Below are positions 29,937 to 40,723 of a stretch of 64,000 nt of DNA, one piece after another (position 1 is the stretch's first letter; every line of letters begins with the position of its first letter). The notes beneath the pieces are model-generated. The model ran no database searches. It saw only the letters and a program-made list of their open reading frames with translations, and was not told the origin of the DNA. The position numbers and the translations under genes are program-made. The stretch is from positions 32,001 through 96,000 of the IMG/VR virus record IMGVR_UViG_3300033146_000946. The stretch is one strand, 5' to 3'. The stretch comes from a virus.

Positions 29937-31903
29937 TATATTGTAGTAAAAATGCCACAGGTAATAACGATGGTAGTTCATGGGAAAACGCATTTATATC
30001 TTTACAAGACGCATTAGAATATTGTAATTCTGATAATGATGTACAGTTTTTACATATTGAAAATAATAAATATGAAAATATTAATATAACTATTAATAAT
30101 TCTTATAATATATATGGTGAATATTATATAGAAAAAAATTATAATTCTGTTATTATTGACGCATCGGATATTACTATTTTATCAAAAATGCAAATTAATA
30201 ATTGTGATTTTTATAATAGTACAATTAATACTAATTATAATTTAATTATTAAATATTTTGTTATTAATAATTGTACATTAACTTTAACTAATATTTGTAA
30301 TTTAATTAATGGAGAAGTAATTACATCTAATTTTAATATATCTAATGGAACTAGTACATTTGACACGATTAATATATATAATACTAATAAAAATATTATA
30401 TTAAATGATGTTAATTTTAATATTACTAAATCTAATATAATTAGTAATACTACAACTATAACTAGTGATAATTCGTTTATTACTATAAATGAGTCTTTAA
30501 TAAATGGAAATAAAGCATTAGATATTATAAATAATAATAGATTATTATTAGCAAATAGTACTATTAATAATGGTATTAATTTATTAGGTGATAATAATTA
30601 TTTAGATATATCAACAAGTCTTATTTTATATTCATATGATAATTCATATAATTATACATTATATTCTAGAAATTCTACATATTATAATACTACATTTAAT
30701 ATAAATGTAAATAATAATATTATATTAACTTCATATCCAAGTTTTGTAGATGAAATTAGAAATGATTATAGAGTATTTTTTGGAGTTGGTATAAATTTAG
30801 ATAAATACGAATTAACTAATGATAATGAATTATTAGAACATAATTATAAAGCTCAATCATTAACAACGTATAATATAAATATTTCTGAATACTCATATAA
30901 TATAAATGATGTTTTTACATTAACTGATTATAAAAAAGAAATTATGTTTGCAAATGATTTTAATCATTTGAATATAAGTACGTTAGAATATCAAATATCA
31001 TTTTATAAAAAACATATAATGAATGATGTAATTACTGAATCAGCATTTCCTTATAATGAAATAAATGATTCATCTGATCCTAATATTTGGCCTTATGAAT
31101 GGACATATGAGAGAATTTATAATGGTAAAACAGAAATGTTATCTAGAATTATTCCTAAATCTATAATTGATATAACAGATATTATTAATAGCGTATTTTT
31201 TATGAATCCAAAAACAGTAACAATTGATAATCTTAGAGTTTACGCATTTAAAGAAAAAATAATACATGGTATAACTTACGATTATAATAATAGTTCTGAT
31301 ACAAGAAAAATAATTTGGAAATTAACTAATGATGAAGTATTAATTAAAATGGACTTATATCAAGGTTCTATTATTAATACATATAATCTATTATCTAAAA
31401 TAATTCCTGAAAAAAAATATATAATACCAATATCTGGTGTTATTCCATATACTAAATATCAAGATGGTTATAAATATTCATTGGAATCAAATCCAAATAC
31501 TATTATAAATGGTGTAGATGAAAATTATAATTTTGAATGGTTACCTACTGATAGAATTTATAAGTACGATTTATATGGAATTCTTATATATAAAAATAAT
31601 TTATATATATCTGGTAATAGAATATCTGATAATACTCCTGTTATTCTTATATATGATACAAAAGGTGTATATTTAGATTATACTACTATTGAACCATATA
31701 TTATTGAATTAAATATTCCTAATTTATATCCAACAGATTTAACCGTTTTAGAAGATGGTTCATTTCTTATAGCAAATAAGATAAATAAAAAACTTTATAA
31801 CTTTGTTTTACAATATGATTATGGTATGATTGTATCAAGTGATATAAAAAATACCAAAATATTATTAAGAGAACAATATAATGATGTTCAATTAACACAG
31901 TAG
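29927..31903 (+). CDS. Right-handed beta-helix (pectin-lyase-fold) tail spike-like protein
   Basis: N-terminal VYCSKNATGNNDGSSWENAFISLQDAL motif typical of beta-helix caps, followed by Asn/Ile-rich periodic strands. Confidence 0.65.
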   Translation: MDVVYCSKNATGNNDGSSWENAFISLQDALEYCNSDNDVQFLHIENNKYENINITINNSYNIYGEYYIEKNYNSVIIDASDITILSKMQINNCDFYNSTINTNYNLIIKYFVINNCTLTLTNICNLINGEVITSNFNISNGTSTFDTINIYNTNKNIILNDVNFNITKSNIISNTTTITSDNSFITINESLINGNKALDIINNNRLLLANSTINNGINLLGDNNYLDISTSLILYSYDNSYNYTLYSRNSTYYNTTFNINVNNNIILTSYPSFVDEIRNDYRVFFGVGINLDKYELTNDNELLEHNYKAQSLTTYNINISEYSYNINDVFTLTDYKKEIMFANDFNHLNISTLEYQISFYKKHIMNDVITESAFPYNEINDSSDPNIWPYEWTYERIYNGKTEMLSRIIPKSIIDITDIINSVFFMNPKTVTIDNLRVYAFKEKIIHGITYDYNNSSDTRKIIWKLTNDEVLIKMDLYQGSIINTYNLLSKIIPEKKYIIPISGVIPYTKYQDGYKYSLESNPNTIINGVDENYNFEWLPTDRIYKYDLYGILIYKNNLYISGNRISDNTPVILIYDTKGVYLDYTTIEPYIIELNIPNLYPTDLTVLEDGSFLIANKINKKLYNFVLQYDYGMIVSSDIKNTKILLREQYNDVQLTQ

Positions 31904-31912
31904 GAGATTATA

Positions 31913-33712
31913 ATGGCTGTATTAAAATATCCAGAAGGAACACCTTCAACAGGATTCGATGATTCCATAAACCAATCTACATTTAGTCCTGCTAATATTA
32001 CAGCTGGTATTAGAGATAATTATTCAGCTGTAAATAATGCAACTATGAGAAACACACATGGTAAACATATATCTTTATTAGAAAATTTTGTAAATAGTAC
32101 TTATCTTGGTAGATCTACAGTTCCAGTTTTATCTGGTTTTATAACAAATTTAACATCTACTACTATTGATAATAGTGATGTTATTTATACTAAATATTTA
32201 GGTAGTAGTAGTAGATATGTTAATTCTATATATGCTACTACTGGTAATATTACTACGCTTAATTCTACTACTGGTAATATTACTACAATTAATTCTACTA
32301 CTGGTAATATTACTACAATTAATTCTACAACTATTAATAATTCAAATTATATTTATAGTAAATATATAGGTTCAACTAGTAATTTTGTAAATACTGCATA
32401 TATTACTACATTAAATTCAGCTAGTAATTATGGTACAAATATATATTATACTAATATATACGCATCAATAGTTGATACTACAACTTTATTTGCTAATACA
32501 ATTGGTTCAACTTCTGATGTAGTAAATACAGGATATATAAAACAATTATATAGTACAATAATAGGTTCTTCTTCTAATCCTATAATTAGTGGTTATATAA
32601 CTAATATTACTTCTTCTAATATAGTAACTAATACTATTGGTAATAGTAGTAATATTGTATCTAATATTTATACTAGTAAAATAGGAAATGATTCAAGTTA
32701 TATAGAATTCGATAGCGATAATATCACTACTACTAGTTCTAATTTAAATCTACAAAATTCTACTATTAATATAGATTCAAATACTACTACTGTAAATATT
32801 AAACCTTCTTCAACAGTCGATATTTATTCATCTAATATTATTATTAATGCTAATTATGGTGGTTATTTAAAATATAGAACATCAACATCTTCTAGTGAAC
32901 GAACATACTATTTAAGATCAAAATCTGATGCTTCTAATAATATAGTAGATGGATTATATGGTTATTATCATAATAGTACATCACATTTAACTAATAAAAG
33001 TATACTTAATACACATTCTCTTTATTTATATCATAAATCTGGATTTAATCCATCTAAATCTATAACTATATCATATGATGATACAATTATTGATAATGAT
33101 TATGATATTTCTGTAAATGGAGATTTAACAGTAACCTCTTCTAATCTAATAATTAATGGAACAATTACATCAGATGATACTGAAAAAATAACAGTAGCAA
33201 GAACTCTCGATTTATCATCGGCTGGAGGATATGAAGGTATTACAGATGTTAGTTTAGTAACCAAACATATTTGGGTAGAAAATGGTTATTCTATAAGATA
33301 TAAACCATTATCTATTCATGATTCCACATTACATACTGTAAATTTTAATAGTAGTAAGGTCGAAATTAAATCTAATAATCGTGTCGTGTTAAATAAATGT
33401 TCATTTAGTGATACTAATGTTACTGAATCAACACTGGATTTAGGTTTAAATGTTGAATTAAAAGCTTATAAGAATGATATTAATATAACTGCAACAAATG
33501 GTGATATTAGTCTTACTTCAACAAACAGTGATATTAGTCTTTCAGCTTTTAATGTTGGGTTCTATGGTATAATTTCGTGCGCTAATAATGGTATAATAAC
33601 TGCAATTTTTAACTCTGTAGGTACATCATTATTAATGTTAAATTCTAGTAGTGGTCTATATGAATTAAAGACTTTAGTTTTTGATTCCAATGGATATGTA
33701 CATGCTAGTTAA
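31913..33712 (+). CDS. Ser/Thr/Asn-rich tail fibre-like protein
   Basis: Repeats TTGNITT(L/I)NS and IGSxSxxVxxxYI. C-terminal DIxLTxTN repeats. Confidence 0.6.
   Translation: MAVLKYPEGTPSTGFDDSINQSTFSPANITAGIRDNYSAVNNATMRNTHGKHISLLENFVNSTYLGRSTVPVLSGFITNLTSTTIDNSDVIYTKYLGSSSRYVNSIYATTGNITTLNSTTGNITTINSTTGNITTINSTTINNSNYIYSKYIGSTSNFVNTAYITTLNSASNYGTNIYYTNIYASIVDTTTLFANTIGSTSDVVNTGYIKQLYSTIIGSSSNPIISGYITNITSSNIVTNTIGNSSNIVSNIYTSKIGNDSSYIEFDSDNITTTSSNLNLQNSTINIDSNTTTVNIKPSSTVDIYSSNIIINANYGGYLKYRTSTSSSERTYYLRSKSDASNNIVDGLYGYYHNSTSHLTNKSILNTHSLYLYHKSGFNPSKSITISYDDTIIDNDYDISVNGDLTVTSSNLIINGTITSDDTEKITVARTLDLSSAGGYEGITDVSLVTKHIWVENGYSIRYKPLSIHDSTLHTVNFNSSKVEIKSNNRVVLNKCSFSDTNVTESTLDLGLNVELKAYKNDINITATNGDISLTSTNSDISLSAFNVGFYGIISCANNGIITAIFNSVGTSLLMLNSSSGLYELKTLVFDSNGYVHAS
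32235..32328 (+). repeat. 30-bp tandem repeat x3
   Basis: CTACTACTGGTAATATTACTAC(GC/AA)TTAATT at 32235, 32265 and 32295. Confidence 0.95.
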
Positions 33713-33726
33713 TAAGGAATTAAATT

Positions 33727-35211
33727 ATGAATAAACCAGTAAAAAAGCAAGTTTGGAATAATATAGATGCGATTGGATTATTAAATGGTATTTCTATTTG
33801 GGATGAACAATATCAAAAATTAAAATATGTTAGATTACCAGATGAAAATAATATCGAATTAAGACATAAAATAAATAATTTTAGAAAAAATCCAATTGAA
33901 GGTAATATAGATCAACAATTAATGCGTGGTCTAGCTAATGAATTAAATTTACAAAGTTATGATAATAATAATGTTTCTACTTTTATATTATCCAGAAGTC
34001 CATTTCCAATTGAAGATAAAAGAATTCAAGATGTATTCGTTTATTATCAAGTTCCTAATTCGGATATATGGGAAGAATTAACTCCACAATATTGGTCAGA
34101 AGATGTAGAATTTAATACACCTACTAATGGATTTATAGTCTGGGAAAATATGTATTATAATAATTCAACGGAAAATAGTAAAACAAATACTTATAGTAGA
34201 TTATTACAAGTATATGAAGATTTACCTCATAATACACGCTTAAAAATCACATATACTATTAGACGATTTGATGAAAATGATAATCCATATTATTTAAAAT
34301 TTACAGATATTAGTAATAAAGAAGATCCAGATGATGTTAGATTCATTTATAAAAAAAGTGATACTGCTTTAACATCAGAATTGATAGATCATGTATGTGT
34401 GTACTCTTTATCTAAAATTCCAGAAAATTTTAGAGATAAATATTTTGAAACTGATGGTAAACCTAAAGATCTTTTATTTGAAATTCAAGATGTAATTGAT
34501 GATGTTTATAAAACGAGATGGAAATATATTAAAAATAGAAATACTATTTGGGATATTAATACTACATTTGCGTCTGGAGTTATTCCGAGTTTCTATGATA
34601 TAGGTGGCAAATCTATTAATGATTTTAATAATAATTTAATTGGTGGTGTTAACTATTATAATACATCTTTATATTTAAAAGATATAGATGTTATATATGA
34701 TGAGATAGAAGATATAGAACATTGGTATCCTGTTCTACAACCTGGACCTTTCTATCTACATGGAAAGAAACAATATTTAATGCAAAATCCAAAATTCGAA
34801 ATTATTAATTTTTCTAATAATCAAGCACCATTACCAAGTGGTGTTAAAATAACATATTATACTATACTAGATAAAGATACAGCAACTATTAACACTGATT
34901 ATATTTATAATGATTATGATTATAAAATAACATGTGATGATGGTGATTATATTCCAATTACTAATATTTTAAGAAAACGCCCACATTTAACATTAGATAA
35001 AGGATTCGAAATTACACTAAATAATAATGAATATATGATAGATTATGATAATAATATTATATATGCTAAAGGTGTCACATCAGCAGTACTTTATTGGGAT
35101 GAAGTAGATATTCCAGATAAAGTCACTATTATTGATAAATTTGTAGATATGAATCCTATTAATGATACTGAACTATCTTATGATTCGTATTTTATAACCA
35201 TAACAGAATAG
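33727..35211 (+). CDS. Putative baseplate/tail structural protein
   Basis: N-terminal WNNIDAIGLL..VRLPDENNIELRHKI resembles wedge-type 'LD..G..l.R..gE.d..yR.ri' motifs. Operon context. Confidence 0.5.
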   Translation: MNKPVKKQVWNNIDAIGLLNGISIWDEQYQKLKYVRLPDENNIELRHKINNFRKNPIEGNIDQQLMRGLANELNLQSYDNNNVSTFILSRSPFPIEDKRIQDVFVYYQVPNSDIWEELTPQYWSEDVEFNTPTNGFIVWENMYYNNSTENSKTNTYSRLLQVYEDLPHNTRLKITYTIRRFDENDNPYYLKFTDISNKEDPDDVRFIYKKSDTALTSELIDHVCVYSLSKIPENFRDKYFETDGKPKDLLFEIQDVIDDVYKTRWKYIKNRNTIWDINTTFASGVIPSFYDIGGKSINDFNNNLIGGVNYYNTSLYLKDIDVIYDEIEDIEHWYPVLQPGPFYLHGKKQYLMQNPKFEIINFSNNQAPLPSGVKITYYTILDKDTATINTDYIYNDYDYKITCDDGDYIPITNILRKRPHLTLDKGFEITLNNNEYMIDYDNNIIYAKGVTSAVLYWDEVDIPDKVTIIDKFVDMNPINDTELSYDSYFITITE

Positions 35212-35222
35212 TTGAGATAATT

Positions 35223-35726
35223 ATGAACTTATATGCACGAGTATTAAATAGAAAAAATTTACCGTACAATTTATCAGCAGATCGTATTTTATTAAAAGTA
35301 TCATTAGTTGATATACAAGGTAATTCATCATATTTAGAAAATATTGAATTAAAATTGTATTCAAATTTTGATGGATCAGATAACTATTTAGGTAGTTGGT
35401 TTACTAATGATTATGGTTCTAAAGAAATAGAATATAGAACTGATTTAATTACAGATAAAACTATAGATACAGCTTTAATGTGGATTAAATATGTATATAA
35501 TGGAACTGAATATATTTCTAATAAAGTTAGAGTTAATTTTGTTTATGATGCTGATATTAATTTAGAATTTACTATTATTGATGCTGGTTATGATATTAAT
35601 AGAAATGCTAATATAGAAAATATTTATGACGCAGGTATAAGACATCCTAGTAATCCAAGTGGTGTATTAGATGATATGACTGATAGAAATAATGATTATA
35701 CTATTATTGAAAGAGGTAATTTTTAA
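35223..35726 (+). CDS. Hypothetical structural protein (possible Ig-like fold)
   Basis: Beta-strand pattern LKVSLVD..IELKLY..FTNDYG. TAATG coupling to the next gene. Confidence 0.4.
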   Translation: MNLYARVLNRKNLPYNLSADRILLKVSLVDIQGNSSYLENIELKLYSNFDGSDNYLGSWFTNDYGSKEIEYRTDLITDKTIDTALMWIKYVYNGTEYISNKVRVNFVYDADINLEFTIIDAGYDINRNANIENIYDAGIRHPSNPSGVLDDMTDRNNDYTIIERGNF

Positions 35727-37759
35727 TGGCAAAATTTAGAAAATTTAATAAAACTTATGATAAGAAAAATACAGCTGTATCTGTTGTACAATTAGATAAT
35801 TTTAATAATAATAATATTGTTAAAAAAATAAGTTATGATAATTTAATAATAGAAAATAGTACAGAAAATGAATTTATTCAATCTATAATACCTATATCTG
35901 AAACTGAAAGTTATAAATTTAAATTAACACATTATTTAGCTAATGCTAATAATAATATGGATTTTTTATTTACTGAAAAAGTTAATAAAAAAAATCAACC
36001 TGTATTTTTTCAATACCAATTAAAATTTGATGTAGCTGGAATCGGAAGAAATGATTTAATACAAATTTATAAGAATAATAATGAACTAATTGATCCTAAT
36101 GAATATATAGTTGAATATGCTCAATTAACATTATATGATAATTATTTAAATGGTAATGATCCAGATTATAGTAGATATGGTTCTAAAATAGAATGGAATA
36201 CATATGATGGTGTTAGTAATGTATATAGAGCTAGAATTTTATTACCTATGAAATTCTTTAGAGATGAAGCATTTTATATGATAAAGTATAATAAAAACTA
36301 TCTTAATGTTGACTTTCCTACTCATATGGAATTATTAGAATTAGTACCATTATATGATTCATCATTATTTATTCAAACATATGACGTTGCATCCAAATCA
36401 ACTATTATTGATATATCTACATCTGAAATTGTAAATAAAAATCTTAATAATTTATATGTTGTTAAAGATCCTAATAAACATATTAATATGGAAGAATCTT
36501 TAGTTATTATTACAGATGGTATTTCTAGTGAAGCATCATCATCTTGGAATGTTAAAATTAATACTGGTAATTTTATTAGAAGTGAAGAAATATTTGATAC
36601 TGAAACATCATTATTTAAATTAGCGTATTCATCAGCTGATAAATATAAATATCAAATAGTTTCATATATTAAACCTAAAATGCTTGGTGATAATATTGTT
36701 AAATTAAGTGAGAAACCAATTTATATAGCAGAATATAATTATCCAGAATATAATATAAGAATATTTCCTAATATGACTCAAACAAATGCTTTACCATTAG
36801 GATCAATTGGATTAACTATTGATGAGCAATTAATTAAAGATCTATCTATTGCTTCAATTGATAGATATAAAGGTTATATAATGTTTAATAAAAATTTAAA
36901 AGCTACACAAGAAGTTTCATTTTTTGTATATATTGATTTTAAAGAAACATTATTTATTCAAAATCTAGAATTGAATCCACGTATTACTGCTAAATATGGT
37001 TTATCTAGTAAATCAGATGTATCATTTAAAGAAATTGGTATAGCTATTAGAAAAGCTAAACCTGGTATACCTAATTCTGAACGTAAATATTATTATCATC
37101 CATATTTTTATGATACTCATGATCCAACTAAATTTTATCTTGGAGACGTTGTATCAAATACTAATGATACTTATGTTATAGATGATGCACAATTAATTTG
37201 GGATCCATTTAATTCAGTTTATAATAAATTAGGTGAGTTTTTACCAATAGGATTATTATCTTTAAATAGATTAAGTTTAGATTTATTAAAAATAACTGAT
37301 GCTAGAGTAATTGGTGGAGGTATTGATAATAATAAATTACAAAATTTAACTAATAATCAAGATAATAGTTATTCTGATAATGGATATTTCGATGGAGTAT
37401 TACTTCCATATGAAGGATTAAAAATTATTCATATACCTAAATACATATATGAAGATTTAATTAATAAATGGAAAAATTCTGGATTGTTTAATGAAACATT
37501 ATATACTGATATAACACAATATGAAATTGATAATTTTAGTAGTGATGAAGAACAACAATATTATTCTAATTTACTACAAGGTATGGCTAGTAATAAAGAA
37601 GATCGATATAAAAATCCTTTTGTTAAAATGAAACAAGAATGGGCTGAAAAAGAAGCTAGTTATTATATAGATAGATTAATTAAAAAGTATATATCTGCTG
37701 GTACGCAATATATTTTATTAGATGAAAATTTTGAACAAATTAAATTAAGGTTGGACTAA
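35726..37759 (+). CDS. Virion structural protein
   Basis: C-terminal DARVIGGG..YSDNGYFDG..P..G..IIHIP..IKKYISAG pattern that I recall from large-myophage structural proteins. Operon context. Confidence 0.55.
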   Translation: MAKFRKFNKTYDKKNTAVSVVQLDNFNNNNIVKKISYDNLIIENSTENEFIQSIIPISETESYKFKLTHYLANANNNMDFLFTEKVNKKNQPVFFQYQLKFDVAGIGRNDLIQIYKNNNELIDPNEYIVEYAQLTLYDNYLNGNDPDYSRYGSKIEWNTYDGVSNVYRARILLPMKFFRDEAFYMIKYNKNYLNVDFPTHMELLELVPLYDSSLFIQTYDVASKSTIIDISTSEIVNKNLNNLYVVKDPNKHINMEESLVIITDGISSEASSSWNVKINTGNFIRSEEIFDTETSLFKLAYSSADKYKYQIVSYIKPKMLGDNIVKLSEKPIYIAEYNYPEYNIRIFPNMTQTNALPLGSIGLTIDEQLIKDLSIASIDRYKGYIMFNKNLKATQEVSFFVYIDFKETLFIQNLELNPRITAKYGLSSKSDVSFKEIGIAIRKAKPGIPNSERKYYYHPYFYDTHDPTKFYLGDVVSNTNDTYVIDDAQLIWDPFNSVYNKLGEFLPIGLLSLNRLSLDLLKITDARVIGGGIDNNKLQNLTNNQDNSYSDNGYFDGVLLPYEGLKIIHIPKYIYEDLINKWKNSGLFNETLYTDITQYEIDNFSSDEEQQYYSNLLQGMASNKEDRYKNPFVKMKQEWAEKEASYYIDRLIKKYISAGTQYILLDENFEQIKLRLD

Positions 37760-39936
37760 TGGATTATTCATATAGTATTAATAGCGAATTAGAAAATATT
37801 CAAAAAATATTATTACAAAATTCTATTAAACAATTCACTAATACTGAATTATTAAATAGTGAAGAAGCTGTAAAAAAAGTATATGATGCGTATGCTGATA
37901 AAATAAAAAATGTTGGATCTAAAATATACGATTTTAATAACTTCTTAGTAAAAAGTAAACAAGTAATAACAAAAGAATATTTTGATTATTTATTACAAGA
38001 TATTTATAATGATTTACATGCATTATATATTAATATGAAATATATAGATGATATCTTAAATATTAATCTTCAAAAAAATAAAAAATTTTATGGAACAATT
38101 GAAAAAAGAATATTAGCATTAGAACAAAAACTAGATATTGCTAGATTAAATGTTAATAATACTATAGGTTTTGATAAAATTTATTTTGAAGGTTTTGATA
38201 ATAAATCATCTGATTCATATTATTATAATTTAATTATAGATAAAAAAAGTGGTGAATTATCTTTGAAACCAATAGATATTCATGTATATAATAAAAAATA
38301 TAATATTAGACAAGTTACATCTACATTATATCCTGTAGCTAATAATGATGGTGGTGTATTAGTTACTACTAATAATTTAAATACATATGAGGAAAATTAT
38401 AGACGCGATGGTTTAAATGATATGTTAATAAATGGTTTATGGAAAGAACAAGTTTTTTGTAATGAAGTTCCTGATATTCAATTTTATATAAATAAAAATG
38501 TAGTAGATGCTCCAACTTTTAAAATTGTTACTCAAGGAATAGTTAGTTATGTAGATATAGAATTTAAATATTTTATTAATTTTAATAATATTGAAATAGA
38601 TTTATTTGGTGAATATGAAACAAATGTTTTATTAATGTTATATAAAAAAGAAGAAAATGATTCTTGGTTACCTGTTAGTAAATTAAAAAGAGATATCGTG
38701 GATGATCAAGAAATAGTATTTGATACTTATACATCAAAAGCACAATTTAATATTATACAATTTAAAAATTTAGAAATGATGCATGCTAAATATCTTAGAA
38801 TAATATTTAATCAAAAAAACTATTCATTAATACATAGTGATAGTTCACAAGTTGCTGATCTTACTAAAAAAATATATACTGATCTATCTGAACGACGATT
38901 AGATGTTTTAAAATTAGATGGAAATTCTGATAGTAAACCAGCTATTCCTAGATTATATCATTATGATTCTTTTTATAATGAATTATATGAAATTATAGAA
39001 TATTCATCGTCTGTTAATGAAATGATTAAAAAATTAATTACTAAATTAAATCCTACTCCAAAATTAATAACAATAGAATTTAATAAATTATTAAAATATG
39101 AACTTGGAGCATGGTCTATTGAACCTAAATTATTACAATATATCGGTACTGGTATTTATATATCGAGATTATATGAATATAATGATAGACCATTAGTTTC
39201 GATTACATTAGATACTAAACAAGAAGATATAAAATCTAATTCATGTAATTGGTATATATCTGATAATTTAGAAACATCAGTAATACCAATTATTCCTAAT
39301 GATGAATTAATACGAAAAGAACCTTTATTAATAGTTGAACATGAATATTATAAAGATTTAGGATGGACTGATGGTACATTAATTAAATTAGAATTTCCAT
39401 GTGATTTAAAATTTATCGATTATTTAGTATTATATGAAGATGAAAAATTTATTAGTCCTGAATATCTAGATATGTATCCTTTAAATTCACAATTAATTTT
39501 TATTAAAAATATTAAAGATCCAAAAAAACATAAATATGTAATTAAATATATACCAGCTAAATATAATTCTACTAATGTTTATGTTTTATTTAAAACAAAA
39601 AAATATAATGATAATGTTTTAGAATATCAAATAGTTGCATCTAGAAAATCTATTTTAGAATTATTCTTAGATAAAACAAATCTAACAGAAGACTATACTA
39701 TAAAGAAAGTACCATGTACTGAATATGAATATCATTCATATTTTGATGATGATTATGCTAATATTTGTATTACTAAAAAATATTATAATAAAGAACCATA
39801 TAAATCAGTTATAGATACATATCTTTATCCTAATATAGTTGAAAAGTTAAGAGATGTAAATATCAATTATACAAATTCAGCATTTATATTAGATGAACCT
39901 CCAGCTACTCCATTAGTTTTAACAAGGAAATTATAA
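37759..39936 (+). CDS. Virion structural protein (paralogous family)
   Basis: N-terminal coiled coil DIYNDLHALY, then EGF..IIDKKSGELSL and GIYISRLY. Confidence 0.55.
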   Translation: MDYSYSINSELENIQKILLQNSIKQFTNTELLNSEEAVKKVYDAYADKIKNVGSKIYDFNNFLVKSKQVITKEYFDYLLQDIYNDLHALYINMKYIDDILNINLQKNKKFYGTIEKRILALEQKLDIARLNVNNTIGFDKIYFEGFDNKSSDSYYYNLIIDKKSGELSLKPIDIHVYNKKYNIRQVTSTLYPVANNDGGVLVTTNNLNTYEENYRRDGLNDMLINGLWKEQVFCNEVPDIQFYINKNVVDAPTFKIVTQGIVSYVDIEFKYFINFNNIEIDLFGEYETNVLLMLYKKEENDSWLPVSKLKRDIVDDQEIVFDTYTSKAQFNIIQFKNLEMMHAKYLRIIFNQKNYSLIHSDSSQVADLTKKIYTDLSERRLDVLKLDGNSDSKPAIPRLYHYDSFYNELYEIIEYSSSVNEMIKKLITKLNPTPKLITIEFNKLLKYELGAWSIEPKLLQYIGTGIYISRLYEYNDRPLVSITLDTKQEDIKSNSCNWYISDNLETSVIPIIPNDELIRKEPLLIVEHEYYKDLGWTDGTLIKLEFPCDLKFIDYLVLYEDEKFISPEYLDMYPLNSQLIFIKNIKDPKKHKYVIKYIPAKYNSTNVYVLFKTKKYNDNVLEYQIVASRKSILELFLDKTNLTEDYTIKKVPCTEYEYHSYFDDDYANICITKKYYNKEPYKSVIDTYLYPNIVEKLRDVNINYTNSAFILDEPPATPLVLTRKL

Positions 39937-40713
39937 ATGAGTATAGATACTAATATCAATATTAATAGAATACATGGAACATCATTAGTTACTACTAGTA
40001 TTAATGTTCCATTAGAATTTGGATTAACAGATATGGATTCAACTTCATTTACATTAACATATGATGATAATTATAAATTTGTAGTAGATGAAAATAATAT
40101 AACATCTATAATAGAATTAGATATTGTACCATTTATAGATTATTCAAAATATGATAATGATCGTCGTAAATGGTTTAATATTGATAAATATGGGTCATTA
40201 TGGCGACATTATAAATGTGGTGATTTCATTATTGAGAAAGATAAACTATTTACATCTGGAGGTGATCCTAATGGAGGTATGTGTTCAGCTTATGGTGGTA
40301 ATTTATATTATTCAATGGAAAATCTATTTAAATTACAATATGATTATTTATATCCAAATGATGAAGATAGAATAAAATTGCTTAATGATTTACAAATAAC
40401 TGAATATGAACCAATTTCACTTTTGCTTAAAAATGAAAAAATTAAAGATGTAACTGATTACACTTTTAATATTACACCTACTTTAGATTATATAGTTCCT
40501 GAAAAAAATAAACAATTTTATTTTAAAAATAATAGATTATATACTAATTTAGATTTAACATTATATGAACCACAAGATATAGTAATAAAATATAAAAGTA
40601 CTATTAATAAAATTAAAGTTAAAAATATAATGGATACTAATTCAAATAATTATAGTAATTATACTCCAATTGTTGATTATTATATGTTAAAAATAACTGG
40701 ACAAAATTTGTAA
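39937..40713 (+). CDS. Virion structural protein
   Basis: C-terminal YTPIVDYYMLKI motif shared with neighbours. Confidence 0.5.
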   Translation: MSIDTNININRIHGTSLVTTSINVPLEFGLTDMDSTSFTLTYDDNYKFVVDENNITSIIELDIVPFIDYSKYDNDRRKWFNIDKYGSLWRHYKCGDFIIEKDKLFTSGGDPNGGMCSAYGGNLYYSMENLFKLQYDYLYPNDEDRIKLLNDLQITEYEPISLLLKNEKIKDVTDYTFNITPTLDYIVPEKNKQFYFKNNRLYTNLDLTLYEPQDIVIKYKSTINKIKVKNIMDTNSNNYSNYTPIVDYYMLKITGQNL

Positions 40714-40723
40714 AGGTTTCAAT

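Noticed and set aside
29927-33712. Diversity-generating retroelement targeting fibre genes
   Set aside because: No reverse transcriptase and no TR/VR pair differing at adenines was seen.
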